Shown here: positions 26,338 to 39,280 of the stretch, piece by piece
Numbering within the stretch: position 1 is the stretch's first letter
How the letters are laid out: each line of letters starts with the position of its first letter
Origin: Octopus sinensis
Lineage: Eukaryota
Direction of reading: 5' to 3'
Assembly (NCBI RefSeq): GCF_006345805.1
Contig: NC_043024.1
Coordinates: 17,112,001-17,176,000 of the forward strand
Length of the DNA: 64,000 bases
Made by a program: the position numbers and the translations under genes
The notes under the pieces: model-generated
The model's input: only the letters and a program-made list of their open reading frames with translations
Databases searched by the model: none
Told to the model about the DNA's origin: nothing

Positions 26338-27479
26338 GTACATATACTCTTTTACTTGTTTCAGTCATTTGACTATGGCCATGCTGGATCACCGCCTTTT
26401 AGTCGAGAAAAATCGATTCTTTGTAATCCTAGTACCTATTCTATTGGCTGCTTTTGCCGAACCGCTAAGTTACAGGGACGTAAACACACCAGCATCGGTT
26501 GTCAAGCGATGTTGGTGGGGGTCAAACATAGACAGACAAACATATACACAGGCATACATATATACATACATATATACAACAGGCTTCTTTCAATATCCGT
26601 CTACCAAATCCACTCACAAGGCTTTGGTCAGCTCAAGGCTATAGTAGAAGACACTTGCCCAAGGTGCCATGCAGTGGGACTGAACCTATGTATATATTAT
26701 ATGTGTGTGCGTGTACATATGTTTTTGTGCATGTTCCATAGAGGATGACTCCATACTATCAGTTTACCAAATTTCCTTTACAAAGAATGATTCCATACCA
26801 AGTTATGGTAGAGTACAGACCTACCCATCGTATTCCCACAGAGATATCACACACAGACAATCAGGGTGCTGTACAGGGATATCTCACACAGAAGATCATG
26901 GTATTGTACAGAGATATCAGGTTCCGGATCAAGAGGCTGCAGACATCTTAAACATGCAGTCATGTGATGTTGTTGTTGTTGTTGTTCACTGTTTGATTTA
27001 GCTTTAAACATGTTATAAATATCATTGCAACTTGACAGCAATGAGATCCCATCGCATTCCACAGTTTTATTAAGTTGCCAATTGAATTCTGACCAACCAA
27101 TCAGACACCACTGGTCTCTCTATTGTCTGCCATTCCTAACCACTAACCGTTTCCTTTGGCTGATTTTCCTACAAGTTTGAAACCATCTTCTATGCAACTT
27201 CCCCAGCACTTCACCAAACCAGCACGTTAAATTACTTTAGTGATTCCACAATCACTGAACTTTGCTCAAATTCAGTAAATAAAGTCCATTTTGCAACTGG
27301 TTACTGCACAAGTGGTTTTCTTTATTTGTGTCTTGTGTCAATGGACCAAACATTATGGGATGTACACAGCAGAAAGAGGCAATGGCTATAGCTTAATCAG
27401 CTTATTGCATTATACACACACTCGTGTTTGTGTATGTGTGATGAATATGTGATTTTTCCCTACGTTTATGAATGCATGT

Positions 27480-27714
27480 TTGAGACTATGTATGTATGTA
27501 TATATATGTATGCATACACACACATGGATAAGTATGTTTTCATACCTTTATGAATGTATGTGTGGTTGTGCGTATATGTATAAGAATGAATAACTTTATG
27601 TATAGGAATATATCTATATATATATCTGTCTGTCTGTGTCACTGTCTATCTATCTCTCAGTCTATCTGTCTCTCTATCACTGTATACACATATACGTGCA
27701 CACACACACACATT

Positions 27715-27746
<32 letters not shown>

Positions 27747-27765
27747 CATATACATATATATATAT

Positions 27766-27812
<47 letters not shown>

Positions 27813-28282
27813 TATATATATATATATATACATATACATACATATATACGTATATACATACATGTTCATGTCTACTTACATGTATGCACAAACACACACA
27901 CACACATTCTAATGCTTATTCATTCATACACTTTCATGTACAAATACAAATTGTCACGTACACACACATACACACATAACTAGTATACAAACATAATTTA
28001 CTTAGAAATGTGTGAATCCATTTAATCAACCTCTTTTGTGTAATTGGCAATATAGACATAAGAGTATGTGAATGTATACATGCCCATATAGATATATGTA
28101 TATAGGTTATTGCACACACTACATACACACACATGTAAACAAATCCACACACACATACATACATGCATTCATATATATACAAAAACATGCATATGTTCAG
28201 ATGTATATATAAACAAATATACATGTATGCTTATATATATATATATATATGTATATGTATGTATTTATTTATTTATATATAT

Positions 28283-28314
<32 letters not shown>

Positions 28315-28588
28315 GGTGTGTGTGTGTATGTATATATGTATCTATATATATGTGTGTGTGTATGCATATATGTATCTATATATATGTGTGTGTGTGTATG
28401 TATATATGTATCTATATATGTGTGTGTGTATGTATATATGTATCTATATATATGTGTGTGTGTGTATGTATATATGTATATAATATATATATGTATGTAT
28501 ATGTATGATATATATACACACATATACATGTATACATATATATACGTATGTATGTATATACATATATGCATATATATATATGTATGTG

Positions 28589-28620
<32 letters not shown>

Positions 28621-28739
28621 CACACACATATGTATGTATGTATATAAAAACCAACTTAGAGAAGAAGGAGAAACGAAACGAAACGAATCATACATACACA
28701 TATGTATGTATGTGCATATATATACACACACATATGTAT

Positions 28740-28808
<69 letters not shown>

Positions 28809-29123
28809 AAGCTGAAATGAATCTTGCACCCTGAGTTTCACAGCATCGAAATTGTAGATACATAAGTACATATAAACACACATAAATACATATTTACATA
28901 TATGCATGTGTATGTATGCACGTATGTAAGCATATATATCTAAATGTTGTATGCAGGTTGTGTGTTTAGTTATTTGGCCTAAAGCATTTGAAGAACTGGT
29001 CTAATGCTGTTGATGAAAATATCAACATAAACAGAGAAAAGTTAACAGGAAACACGGAGAGAATGTTTGTCACCTTCACAATACCTGCATAATTGCATTG
29101 CAACTTTGTTTTGCATTTAAATA

Positions 29124-29157
<34 letters not shown>

Positions 29158-29364
29158 AACAGTAAAAGTATAACATCTACTTTGTCAATAAACAAGTAAA
29201 TATATGTGTGTGTGTATATATATGTATATATATATATATGTATATGTGTGTTCATATATATATATATGCGTATGTGTGTTCATATATATATATACATATA
29301 TATATATATATGCATATATGTGTGTCCATATATATATATATATATACACTATATATTATGTATG

Positions 29365-29400
<36 letters not shown>

Positions 29401-29668
29401 GTGTGTGTATATATATATTATATACACACACACTTATATATATAAATCTATCTGTCTGTATATATGTGTTTATATATGTTTGTATCTGTGTCTGTGTACA
29501 AACACACACACACCCACCACACACACACATATATATATATAAGTGTATATACACACATTATATCAAGAAGGATATTGCTAACAAACAACTTTAAAAAATA
29601 TATCGTTACACTTTGTATAAACATCAATTACATTATGTATATATGTCACTGTGTGTGTGTGTGTGTAC

Positions 29669-29709
<41 letters not shown>

Positions 29710-29900
29710 TATGCTTTTGATTGTTTACTTATATATATGTGTGAGTACATATACATGCCTATGTACATGCACATACATATATACATACATACATACATAC
29801 ATACATACACACACACACCTATATATATATGTGTGTGTGTGTATGTGTGTGTGTGTGTGTGTATACACACATACATATTATTTACTGATTAATTTGTATA
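27480..29900. repeat. Extended (TA)/(CA)/(TG) microsatellite field
   Basis: Direct reading; source of many artefactual YI/CV/HT ORFs. Confidence 0.9.
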
Positions 29901-30119
29901 TCTTGTTACGTCCATTGTTGCCTACTCTAAACCCCCCCCCCTACATGCATCCCCACCCACATGTTCCCTGATATTCATGAATTCCACATGCAGTCCCATG
30001 ATGTTGTTTGCACAGACTTTGTCAATAATGTGGTGCCTCCAATAAGCCTCCATGGTACTCCACAGTTACTGTTGGGTAATATTTAACCATCCTAATTAAC
30101 ATCACTGTTAGTGGTGGCG

Positions 30120-30550
30120 CCACCATCTCTGCCACCACCACCACCATTGTAATCATTTTCCTCATCTTCATTATCGTAACTGTCATCATTATTATTGTCA
30201 TTCTGACTCACTCTCATCAGCCTCAACAGAATGATCAGCACCGCTCTTAGCTCCATTATCATCATCATCATTTTCATCGTCATCATGATCATCATCACCG
30301 TCATCTGCACAATCTTTCATCACCAACATCATTATCATCATCATCACCACAATCTTGATCAACAACATCATCATCATCAGAATGATCGTCATCATCATCA
30401 TCATCCCAATCACAATCATCAGGATCATGATCATGATGATCATTATTATCATCACAATCATCATCATCTTCATCATTCTCATCATCCTCATCATCACAAT
30501 CATCATCATCATCATCAATCTAGTTCACCATTATGGCCTCATCTACCACC
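30120..30550. repeat. (CAT)n trinucleotide microsatellite
   Basis: Direct reading. Confidence 0.95.
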
Positions 30551-31049
30551 ATGACAATCAGTCCCGTTATCTTTACCATTAATCTTCACCCACATCAGTC
30601 AAGGCACAGGTCCTGGTCGTCACAGTTTCAGTTCCTGAGCAGGGGGATATATTGTTCCACTCTTTACCAACTGCCTTGCCAGGCAAAATTCTTAGCGGCA
30701 TTTTGCCTGTTATTATGTTCTAAGTTCAAATTCCACCGAAGTCAATTTTACCTTTCATCTTTTCAGGGTTGATAAATTAAGTACCAGTTGAACACTGGGG
30801 TCAATGTAATCCACGCATCCTCTCCCCCAAAATGGCTGCCCAAGTGGCAAAATTTGAAACCATTATTATTATTGTTAATTGTTGTTATTATTATTATTAT
30901 TATTATGTTTTTTCCTTCTTTCTTCAAATTTTCTTCCGTTTCTCGCCGAGTGTTTTCCATACACCTAGGGCAGAGAAGCTCATTGTATGCATTCCCAGAT
31001 TACACACGCAAATTCACAGATAAAATATGTATTTAGAAATTATTATTAT

Positions 31050-31870
31050 CATTATTATTATTATTATCATTTAAGGCATCACATAGTATCCAATATCATG
31101 ATGTTGTTGAATGAAGATATTGCGTCGACTGGGGGTTTGTAGTGTCAAGTGACAAGGGCCCTCAGACAGTACTTTATGCAGTATGTGTGTTATTCCAAGT
31201 AAAGCTGATTTTTGTAGTACACCTAGACTGTAGGGTATGTCAAAGGTTTCCAGATGTTTCTTCATATTGGGTGGTATTGAGCCCATTGCTCTGATAACAA
31301 CAGGGACAGCCTTTATGTTTGACTCTCGTAGCTGCCACATGTTGGCAATCTCAATTCTCAGGTCTCTATATTTATTAATCTTCCTCTTTCTTTCATGATA
31401 TGTTGCTCTCCTAGCATTGCCACGTCAGTTATTAGGCATCCTTGTTTGTCCCTTGTTTGCGGTAGCACGTCCACCTCCCAGTCGTTTCGGCCCACATGGT
31501 TCCTCCGAAGGTGCTCTTCGCCGAGTGTCCGAGGCAGCTGGTATGTTCACTGTGAAAAAATTAGAATGCTCAGAATGAGCCCCACTCTAACCTTCAATGC
31601 TCTAACACCTTGTCTGTCTGGAAGTCAAAGTCCCAGAGGATTTTTACCTTCCCATTTTCATCCATTAACATTTTCCAGTGTATGTTGGTACCAAGCACCT
31701 GTTACCTCATATCCATACTTCCGGCATAGTAGCCATTGAAGCTTTTGGGCTACTTAGTCATGTCTGTGCTTGGACTCTTTCTGCGCAAGACTTTCACAAA
31801 CTCTAACAATGTGAGTCATGCTTTCAACCCATTTCCCACACATTCTGCAGAGGTTCATAGCACTTGTGTA
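31050..31870 (-). pseudogene. R4/Dong-type non-LTR retrotransposon 3' relic (CCHC finger plus restriction-like endonuclease)
   Basis: CRMCGKWVESMTHIVRVC...RHD*VAQKLQWLLCRKYG...KILWDFDFQTDKVLEH*R [insertion] DKQGCLITDVA...KYRDLRIEIANMWQL...VPVVI...LQKSALLGITHILHKVL, followed by a (TAA)n tail; stops and frameshifts present. Confidence 0.9.
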
Positions 31871-32298
31871 GTGTATATCCCTTTGCACTGAGTGCTCAAT
31901 CCAGTGACAGGTAAATATTAATTTAATACACAACCGAAACAGTTACTAATAGTTTAATGCTTTTAGGATACTTAAAAGAGACATATTTATAAAGTACTCC
32001 ATGTATCTCCAAGCAATCTTTTGGCCTCTGTTTATGCATTAAACAGCGAGAAAATTAGAAAGATTGTGGAAAAAACATAAAGAAGGTTGGTGCAAAAAAT
32101 CGAACAAGATAAAAGAAACGAAAGCAAGAAACCTAAGATCCTCCTCTTCGTCCTCCCTGATTTCAGAAACTTCATTAAATACAACTGGTTTAGAACAGAA
32201 TAACAGGAAGTCAGAGATAGCAGTTCAGTTCAGAGCAGGTGATGTCTACCAATTCAAGATTTACTTTTATTTCCTGTAACATACATGTTTGAGTATGC

Positions 32299-32338
<40 letters not shown>

Positions 32339-32402
32339 TAAAGAAATGGTAAAGCAACAAAAGAATGAAGGAGCCCTTGATATTATGTAAATAGAGGAAT
32401 TT

Positions 32403-32699
32403 ATCTGTGAAATATGTGACAATTATTCAGTAGCCACGATAAAACTCCGAGTTTCGGATGTCAGGATGGAAATCCACACCGCCACCTTTTCAGTTATCCG
32501 GCCATCAGAAAAAATGCTATGAAAAATCTACTGGCAACTGTTTTTTACTATCTTCAATGAACGTTTACACAGTTTTCTAAGCATTTTTCCCAATGGCCAG
32601 ATGAATTAAGCGATGGCAGCGTGGATTTCCACGCCGACATCCGAAACTCAGAGTTTTATCACGGCTACCAAATAATTGTCACATATTACAATTACAGAT
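32403..32699. mobile_element. Fold-back element with a divergent pair of decayed hammerheads (long stem II)
   Basis: ~125-bp imperfect inverted arms. Minus arm: GGCCGGAUAA CUGAAAA GGUGGCGGUGUGG AUUU CCAUCCUGACAUCC GAAA CU CGG AG UU UUAUCGUGGC. Confidence 0.7.
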
Positions 32700-32778
32700 A
32701 TATATATATATATATATATCGTTTTGGGATTTGGTTTGCAAGATTCTTTATATGAGTTCATGTGTTGAAGCATATTCT

Positions 32779-33042
32779 ATTGTGTCTGGGGAGAGACATT
32801 TTCTTTTTGTGCCTTATTATTTAACACAATCACCGGTAAAATTCCCCCGTTTTTCCTATTTTTTATTGTCCTAAAATTTTTGTTGCATCTTGCAACCTTT
32901 TCAATAGTCTTGACTATTGAAAAGGTTGCAAGATGCAACGAAAATTTTAGGACAATAAAAAATAAGAAAAATGTGGAAATTTTACCGGTGATTGTGTTAA
33001 ATTATAAGGCACAAAAAGAAAATGACTCTCCCCAGACACAAT
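32779..33042. mobile_element. Near-perfect 131-bp-arm palindrome with U3-A8 hammerhead motif
   Basis: Arms meet at a 2-nt loop (32910-32911). Right arm: CUA UUGAAAA G GUUGCA AGA UGCAAC GAAA AUU U UAG. Confidence 0.75.
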
Positions 33043-33116
<74 letters not shown>

Positions 33117-33628
33117 GTCCACAGATAAGGTCCGAAGATTCTCTGTATCAAATGATTCAAGCTTAGATTCCATTGTTTTTGAAGGGGATCAATTCCACAG
33201 GGTAAAGAATGGCTATAAGAGGAATCAAGTTGAGCATATACAGAAGCAATTATGTGGATAAAAAAATTAGATATATTAAATATAACAGTTTGGGTATAAT
33301 CCAACTTGTTTCATTTAATATATCTAATTTGTGTACCCACATTATTGCCTTTCTCTCTCTATATATATATATGTGTGTATTGTTTATAAAAATGTTGTCA
33401 TTCCAAAAGCTATTATTTAGTGTTATAACAGATGTCAATTCTTGTCAGGGACTGTTTAGCTTAATAGTACAGAGTGCTCGACGGGTACCTGAGAGATACA
33501 GTGTTCAATTCTCTGTAGCTACCTACTGGCAACTTTTTTTCCTATCTTCAATGGGTGTTTACCCAGTTTTGTAAACTGTTTTCTCAGCTATCCTGCGTTT
33601 GAAATTTATTTCATTTTCTGTAACGTCC

Positions 33629-33664
<36 letters not shown>

Positions 33665-33679
33665 CCCCTTCGATAATGA

Positions 33680-33975
33680 ATGACCATAAGATTGCACCTA
33701 AAATGTTCTCCAAGTCACAAATCTGGGCAAGTTTGTTTATGGAAGACCAGCAGTCGGCTATGCATACCAGCCTCCCCACTCCATGCCACCAGTGTTGTCC
33801 AAGGAAAGGGCAAAGGGGCTGATAAAGCTTGGCACCACTCATGTCACAACTCCTTTTCACAGCTGAGTGAACTGGAGCAACATGAAATAAAGTGTCTTGC
33901 TCAAGCACTCAACACACAGCCCAGTCCGTGAATTGAACTCACTACCTCATGATTGTGAGTCCAATGCTCTAACCA
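33680..33975 (-). mobile_element. SINE with RTE-like body; plus-strand sister at ~45995-46265
   Basis: Shared CTGGTGCCAAGC(TT/TG)TATCAGCC...GAGGCTGGTATGCAT...CTGCTGGT.TTCCATAAA block and tRNA-like head. Confidence 0.6.
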
Positions 33976-34953
33976 CTGAGCTGTCCACCTTCACTTTCAT
34001 TACCATCACCAACATGGTCTTGAAGTCCACATCTCCATGCTCTTGTGGTTCAGAAGGAAATTGGTGGAGCAGACTTTCCACTGTCAGATGCTCTCCCTCC
34101 CACCATTCCTCACCTGTATCCAAGCAAAGTAAGATTTCACCATTTGCAAGGAAGATTGTAAAAGTCATTTAGCCACCACATGTTATGCTGCAGTGGGGTA
34201 TATTCCAGGAGTGGACATACAGGTGGAACTCCTCTTTGCATAAGATTAATACAAGAATAATATAGCACAAGATTATGAGTTACTTGGTGACCCTGCAGGT
34301 GCTGGTGCCATGTAAAAAGCAACCAGTCCACACAGTAAAGTGGTTGGCATTTGGAAGTGCATCCAACTGTAAAAATCATGCCAAAACTAACCTCACCTGT
34401 GCTAGTGCCACGTAAAAATACATTGAGTCCACTCTGCAGACTGGTTGGTGTTAGGAAGGGCATCCAGCCATAAAAACCCTGCCAAAACAGACAGTAGTTT
34501 GGGGTAGTCTTCTACCTGGCTGACTCCTGCATGCATGGAAGATGGACGTTAAAAAAATGACGAGGCAGAAGAGATTCGAGAATAAGAGGCTTTAATGGCA
34601 GATCACAACATTTGTTCCTGCACTGCACATCAGCTTTCACTTGCTAAATTTATATTCAAATACCATTATAGAAAATCATTCTTTATAATTATTATACAGT
34701 TTGAATATTTTTCAGCAACAGCCATGTGTAGGTGATTCATCGGGTGGAATATGACTAATTGCTGTTTGATCATTCCAAAAGGAATTAATTGTAATATATA
34801 AATGTAAACTCAGTAACTCAAAACTGCAATACAGTGCAGAAACAAATGTTGCGATCTACAATTAAAGACTGATATTCCTATGTATACATATATTCATACA
34901 CACACACACGCATGCACACACACACACTCACACACACACACACGCCACACACA

Positions 34954-34984
<31 letters not shown>

Positions 34985-35424
34985 CACAGGACTATATTTA
35001 TGTATATATATAGATATACACACGTATACATATGGTGTGATTATGTTTCTGTAACTTACTGTAAAAAGAAAGCAATAGAATAAGTACTAGGCTTACAAAG
35101 AATAAGGCCTGGGATCAATTTATTCAACTAAAGGCAGTGCTCCAGCATGACCACATCCAAATAACTGAAACAAAAGAATAGAATAATAAACTTAGTAACT
35201 GAAAACTGCAGTACAGTGCAGAAACAAATATTGCAATATATGTTGCATATATGTTGCAACCTACTATATACATACATACATATATATATACATATATACA
35301 TATCTACTATATACATATATCTATACTCATACACACACACACATATATTTGGAGAGAGATTGATAGATGATACACACATAGAATTGTATATTTATGTGTG
35401 CGTATATATATATATATATATGTA

Positions 35425-35700
35425 TTATGGCGATGTACTTGCATAGCAAGTGATTAGATCTGAGATCGTGTGCTGAAACGAAAACAAACAATTGCAGTGT
35501 GGAAGGTGTTTGTAAGCCATTTGAGAAACACACAAAAGCCGTTCGATTCTCAGAGATGCAGCATGGATTTTTGTCAGTGAACAGGTCTCAGTCTTAAAGC
35601 AATGAAAATATTTTGACAAATTAAACTTAAATGTTGAAGTGAATCTAATGGATTTTGTGTGTTTCTTAAATGGCTTATAACACCTTCCATGCTGCAATTA
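35425..35700. mobile_element. Partial fold-back element, same family as 37888-38163, with decayed G3-C8 hammerhead
   Basis: 35570-35620 (+): UUUGUCA GUGAACA G GUCUC...GCAAU GAAA AUAU UU UGACAAA; stem II decayed. Confidence 0.75.
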
Positions 35701-35754
<54 letters not shown>

Positions 35755-35810
35755 CATATGCATATACATATAAATAGTGGTTGTTTGTGTGTATGTCGCC
35801 CTCCCTCTTC

Positions 35811-35867
<57 letters not shown>

Positions 35868-36954
35868 TGCATGTGTCCTCAATATAAAAGTGCATATATG
35901 CAAATGTGTGTGTGTGTGTGTTTGCATAGAAGTCAGTATGAAACGTGATGTTAATGGTGATGATGATGATGGAATCTGTTGAAGTGCTTAAGGTGATGGT
36001 AGATGTGGTGGCGGCGGAGGTGCTGGTAGTAGTGGTGGACTAGGGTGGGGATGGAGGATGGTTGGCCTCTGTTTTCAGACAAAGAAGGGAAAACATTCAT
36101 TTCTGAAATGTGATCAACGTATCAGACAATTATCAGGTGATTAAATTTGATTTTATAGCCTGTCACATGACCAACATTATGATGGTGATGGTGATGATGG
36201 TCCATGGGAGATGGTGCAGGGCGGTGGTGGCTGAATTTACATCGAACCGATTGTATATGTGGTTAACATAAGGGAACGATGGCCACGTGTAGTGTGGAGA
36301 CGTGGAGAGAGTGGAAGGTGAAGAGTTTGAATTTAACGTCTGACCAAAATAAATTCATTTTCTCAGTAATCAAAACATTTAAAATCTCTGTCAATCGGTA
36401 CCCTCCACCTACCACCCACCCCCACACAAACACACACAACCTATTATCTTACAACTCTCGACAAGTGATATATTAAAGTCTCTTAAATGTTTGTAATATC
36501 CATTGAGACAATTTAATTTGCACGGAACTGAAAAATTTTACCTGGAGTGTACAAGGGCTATCTTCATTGTCATCACCATCATCACTATTGTGGTCTTCAT
36601 CACCATCACCATTATCACAATCATAATTATTATCTGCATTTTTATCACCACCACCACCATCATTCTTCTCACTAATATATTTACCGTCTTCATCTCCAGT
36701 CTACTGCTATTTTCATCTCCGGTCTGCCAGTGTTTCCTTCATCAAATGCAATTTCCTTCAACATTAATCCTAAACCTCTCTTATCTTCTTTCAGTATCCA
36801 GTGGAAGTGATCATCAGTATTTTCTCTCATACACACACACACACACACACATGCAGATATATATATATATATATGTATTTTAATATTTTGCTTAGGTATA
36901 GCAATGTTTAGCAATTCAAACCTGCTGTTTGAATTTTAGAATAATATATTTAGA

Positions 36955-37035
36955 GGCTCTGAAGAAGCTAAAAGGTGATGCACAAGAACTCATCTGTGGG
37001 TGCATTGCATCTTCTAGCAGAAACAGCTGTAAGCT
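36955..37035 (+). ncRNA. Type I hammerhead ribozyme motif, canonical core, long stem II
   Basis: Stem I GGCU/AGCU; CUGAAGA 36959-36965; stem II GCUAAAAG-G-UGAUGCA...UGCAUUGCA-U-CUUCUAGC; GAAA 37020-37023; palindrome ACAGCUGU; GUA site 37029-37031. Confidence 0.75.
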
Positions 37036-37760
37036 AATGAAGTTGATTAAGTAATTTCTGTTCACTTCCTATTTCTTAAATTTCGTATACATATGTGTAT
37101 GTGTGTGTGTATGTGTATATATGGAGAGAGAAAGAGTAAATGGCTTCAGTCAGGTTGAGTGTGAAGTTGGGGTATTTTCAGAGAAACACTCAACCCGAAT
37201 ACTGGGCTATCAAGACTGTCAGGATCCACATCAAAGCCAGAATACTTCAGGTGTAGAAAATCCAAGTTTCATGACGATTATATCATCAACTGGGTTTGGT
37301 GAATAGTAATTAATCCAATGCAACTTCATTAGCTTACTGGAGGGAGAGGAAAATGAATAGAAGACAAAAGTGAAGTAGGAGGAGAGGAAGAGAAAGAATT
37401 AAATAGTGGTCAGGAGGATTTTAAGCTATATATGTTATACATGTATAACCAAAATAAAAATTAAAATAAAATAATAAAAATAGAATGAGATGCATGGGTA
37501 GTGTGATATATAGTTACTGGTTCATGGGTATATATATGCATATACATATGCACACACATGCATACACATACATGCACAAGGGTATGTACACATAGATACA
37601 CACACACATATATATATTCAAGGAGACACAGACATATACTCAAGGAGATACACATGTACACACAGACACACATACACACACAACCATGGACACATACACA
37701 CACACACACACACACTCCCATGTGCATGCACACAGACACACACTAACACGCACACACATA

Positions 37761-38288
37761 TAAAGTAATTCCTCAACTATCGTGGGTATTACGTTCCACA
37801 ACCTCCCCGCAATAGGTGAAAATCTGTGAAGTAGAAACTGTACTGTACTGTATATTTTTTTATTATCTTTATAATTTGTATATATTTACGGAGATGTACT
37901 CGCATAGCAAGTGATTTGATCTGAGATCGTGTGCTGGAACGTAAACAATTGCAGCGTGGAAGGTGTTTGTAAGCTATTTAAGAAACACACAAAAGCCGTT
38001 CGATTCACTTCAACATTTAAGTTTATTTTGTCAAAATATTTTCGTCGCTTTGAGACCGCGACCTGTTCACTGACAAAAATCCGTGCTGCTGAGATGCAGC
38101 ACGGATTTTTGTCAGTGAACAGGTCGCGGTCTTAAAGCGACGAACCTTCCACGCTGCAATTGTTTGTATATATTTATTTTATTATAAATTCAAAACAATG
38201 CCACGGAAGAATCAACATAATCTTAAATAATAAACTGTGATAGGTGAACCGCAAAAGGGGAACTGCAATATGGCGAGGGATTACTGAA
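37761..38288. mobile_element. Tigger/pogo-type MITE hosting a nested fold-back element
   Basis: Ends TAAAGTAATTCCTCAACTATCG... and ...GGCGAGGGATTACTG resemble CAGTAATCCCTCG terminal inverted repeats. TGTATATATTTA occurs on both sides of the nested insert. Confidence 0.7.
38026..38078 (-). ncRNA. Type I hammerhead ribozyme motif with G3-C8 core
   Basis: 8-bp stem I UUUUGUCA/UGACAAAA; core GUGAACA plus extra G; 5-bp stem II GUCGC/GCGAC; GAAA; palindrome AAUAUU; site UUU. Confidence 0.75.
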
Positions 38289-38800
38289 TATATATGTGTG
38301 TGTATGTATATGTATGTGTATGTATATATATATATATGCATACACATACGGACACCCACATATACTAACTTCTTTTTCTTCTTTCTTTCCTTCTCCTTCC
38401 GATTCTTCTCCTCCTTTTTCTTCCCCTCCTCCTACTTCACTTTCATCTTCTCTTATTCATTTTCCTCCCTTCCTCCCCTTTCTCCCTCAAATCATTATAC
38501 GTATCCACCCTCTTGATTCTACCCCTACCCACCCACCCACATAATATCTTCTCCACAGACGCATCCCGCATACACACTTTGTTCTTTTTTTTTTTAAATT
38601 ATTTCCATTTAGTATTTTCCTAACAACAACGTCTGAAAAAGACGCACAATATAATAGCACACCGTTGATGCAAGTCTGAGAAAGTGCTTCTCCAATGCCT
38701 AAAACTGCAAATATTGCACGACTTTTCTTCTCGAATTTTTGCGTAGACTGGCATTGCAAATGGAGATGGTAGAGGAACATTTATAACTTATATCACTTCA

Positions 38801-38955
38801 ATTAAATCAATGGTTCTAAAAAATCAAATGAAATGGTCTGGCCATATTGTTCAAATGGTGGAGGAATGCGAACCCAAACAGCTGTTTTATGGTGACTTTG
38901 CAGAGGGGAAACAATCAGTGTAAACCTACAAAGAGGTTTAATGATGCTCTTCAAT
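38801..38955 (+). pseudogene. RTE-clade LINE C-terminal fragment
   Basis: IKSMVLKNQMKWSGHIVQMVEECEPKQLFYGDFAEGKQ.../KPTKRFNDAL resembles the RTE motif LRW.GHV.RM..ERIPKQ.FYGEL..GKR...P.KRFKD.L. Confidence 0.8.
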
Positions 38956-39280
38956 ATTTTTCTTCCCATAAACATATTTAATCATGATGAGGTGGTCTGT
39001 GTGTGTGTAAGCAACATCAAAACAAAACATTTGTAATTTCAATTTTTAACCCTCCCCACCCTGCATCAAACAAGTTCATGTGTGTGTGTGTGTGTGTGTG
39101 CACGTACACGCATTGTGTGTGTAAGAAATAACATAGTTACAAACAGAAAATTATGCTATTAAAATGAATGATCCTTTACAGGTGCAGGCGTGGCTGTGTG
39201 GTAAGAAGCTTGCTTCCCTACCACATGGTTCTGGGTTCAGTCCCACTGCATGGCACTTTGGGCAAGTGTCTTCTAATATA

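Noticed and set aside
37265-37305. Minus-strand UUGAUGA...GAAAC
   Set aside because: Stem II base does not pair and there is no UH site in register.
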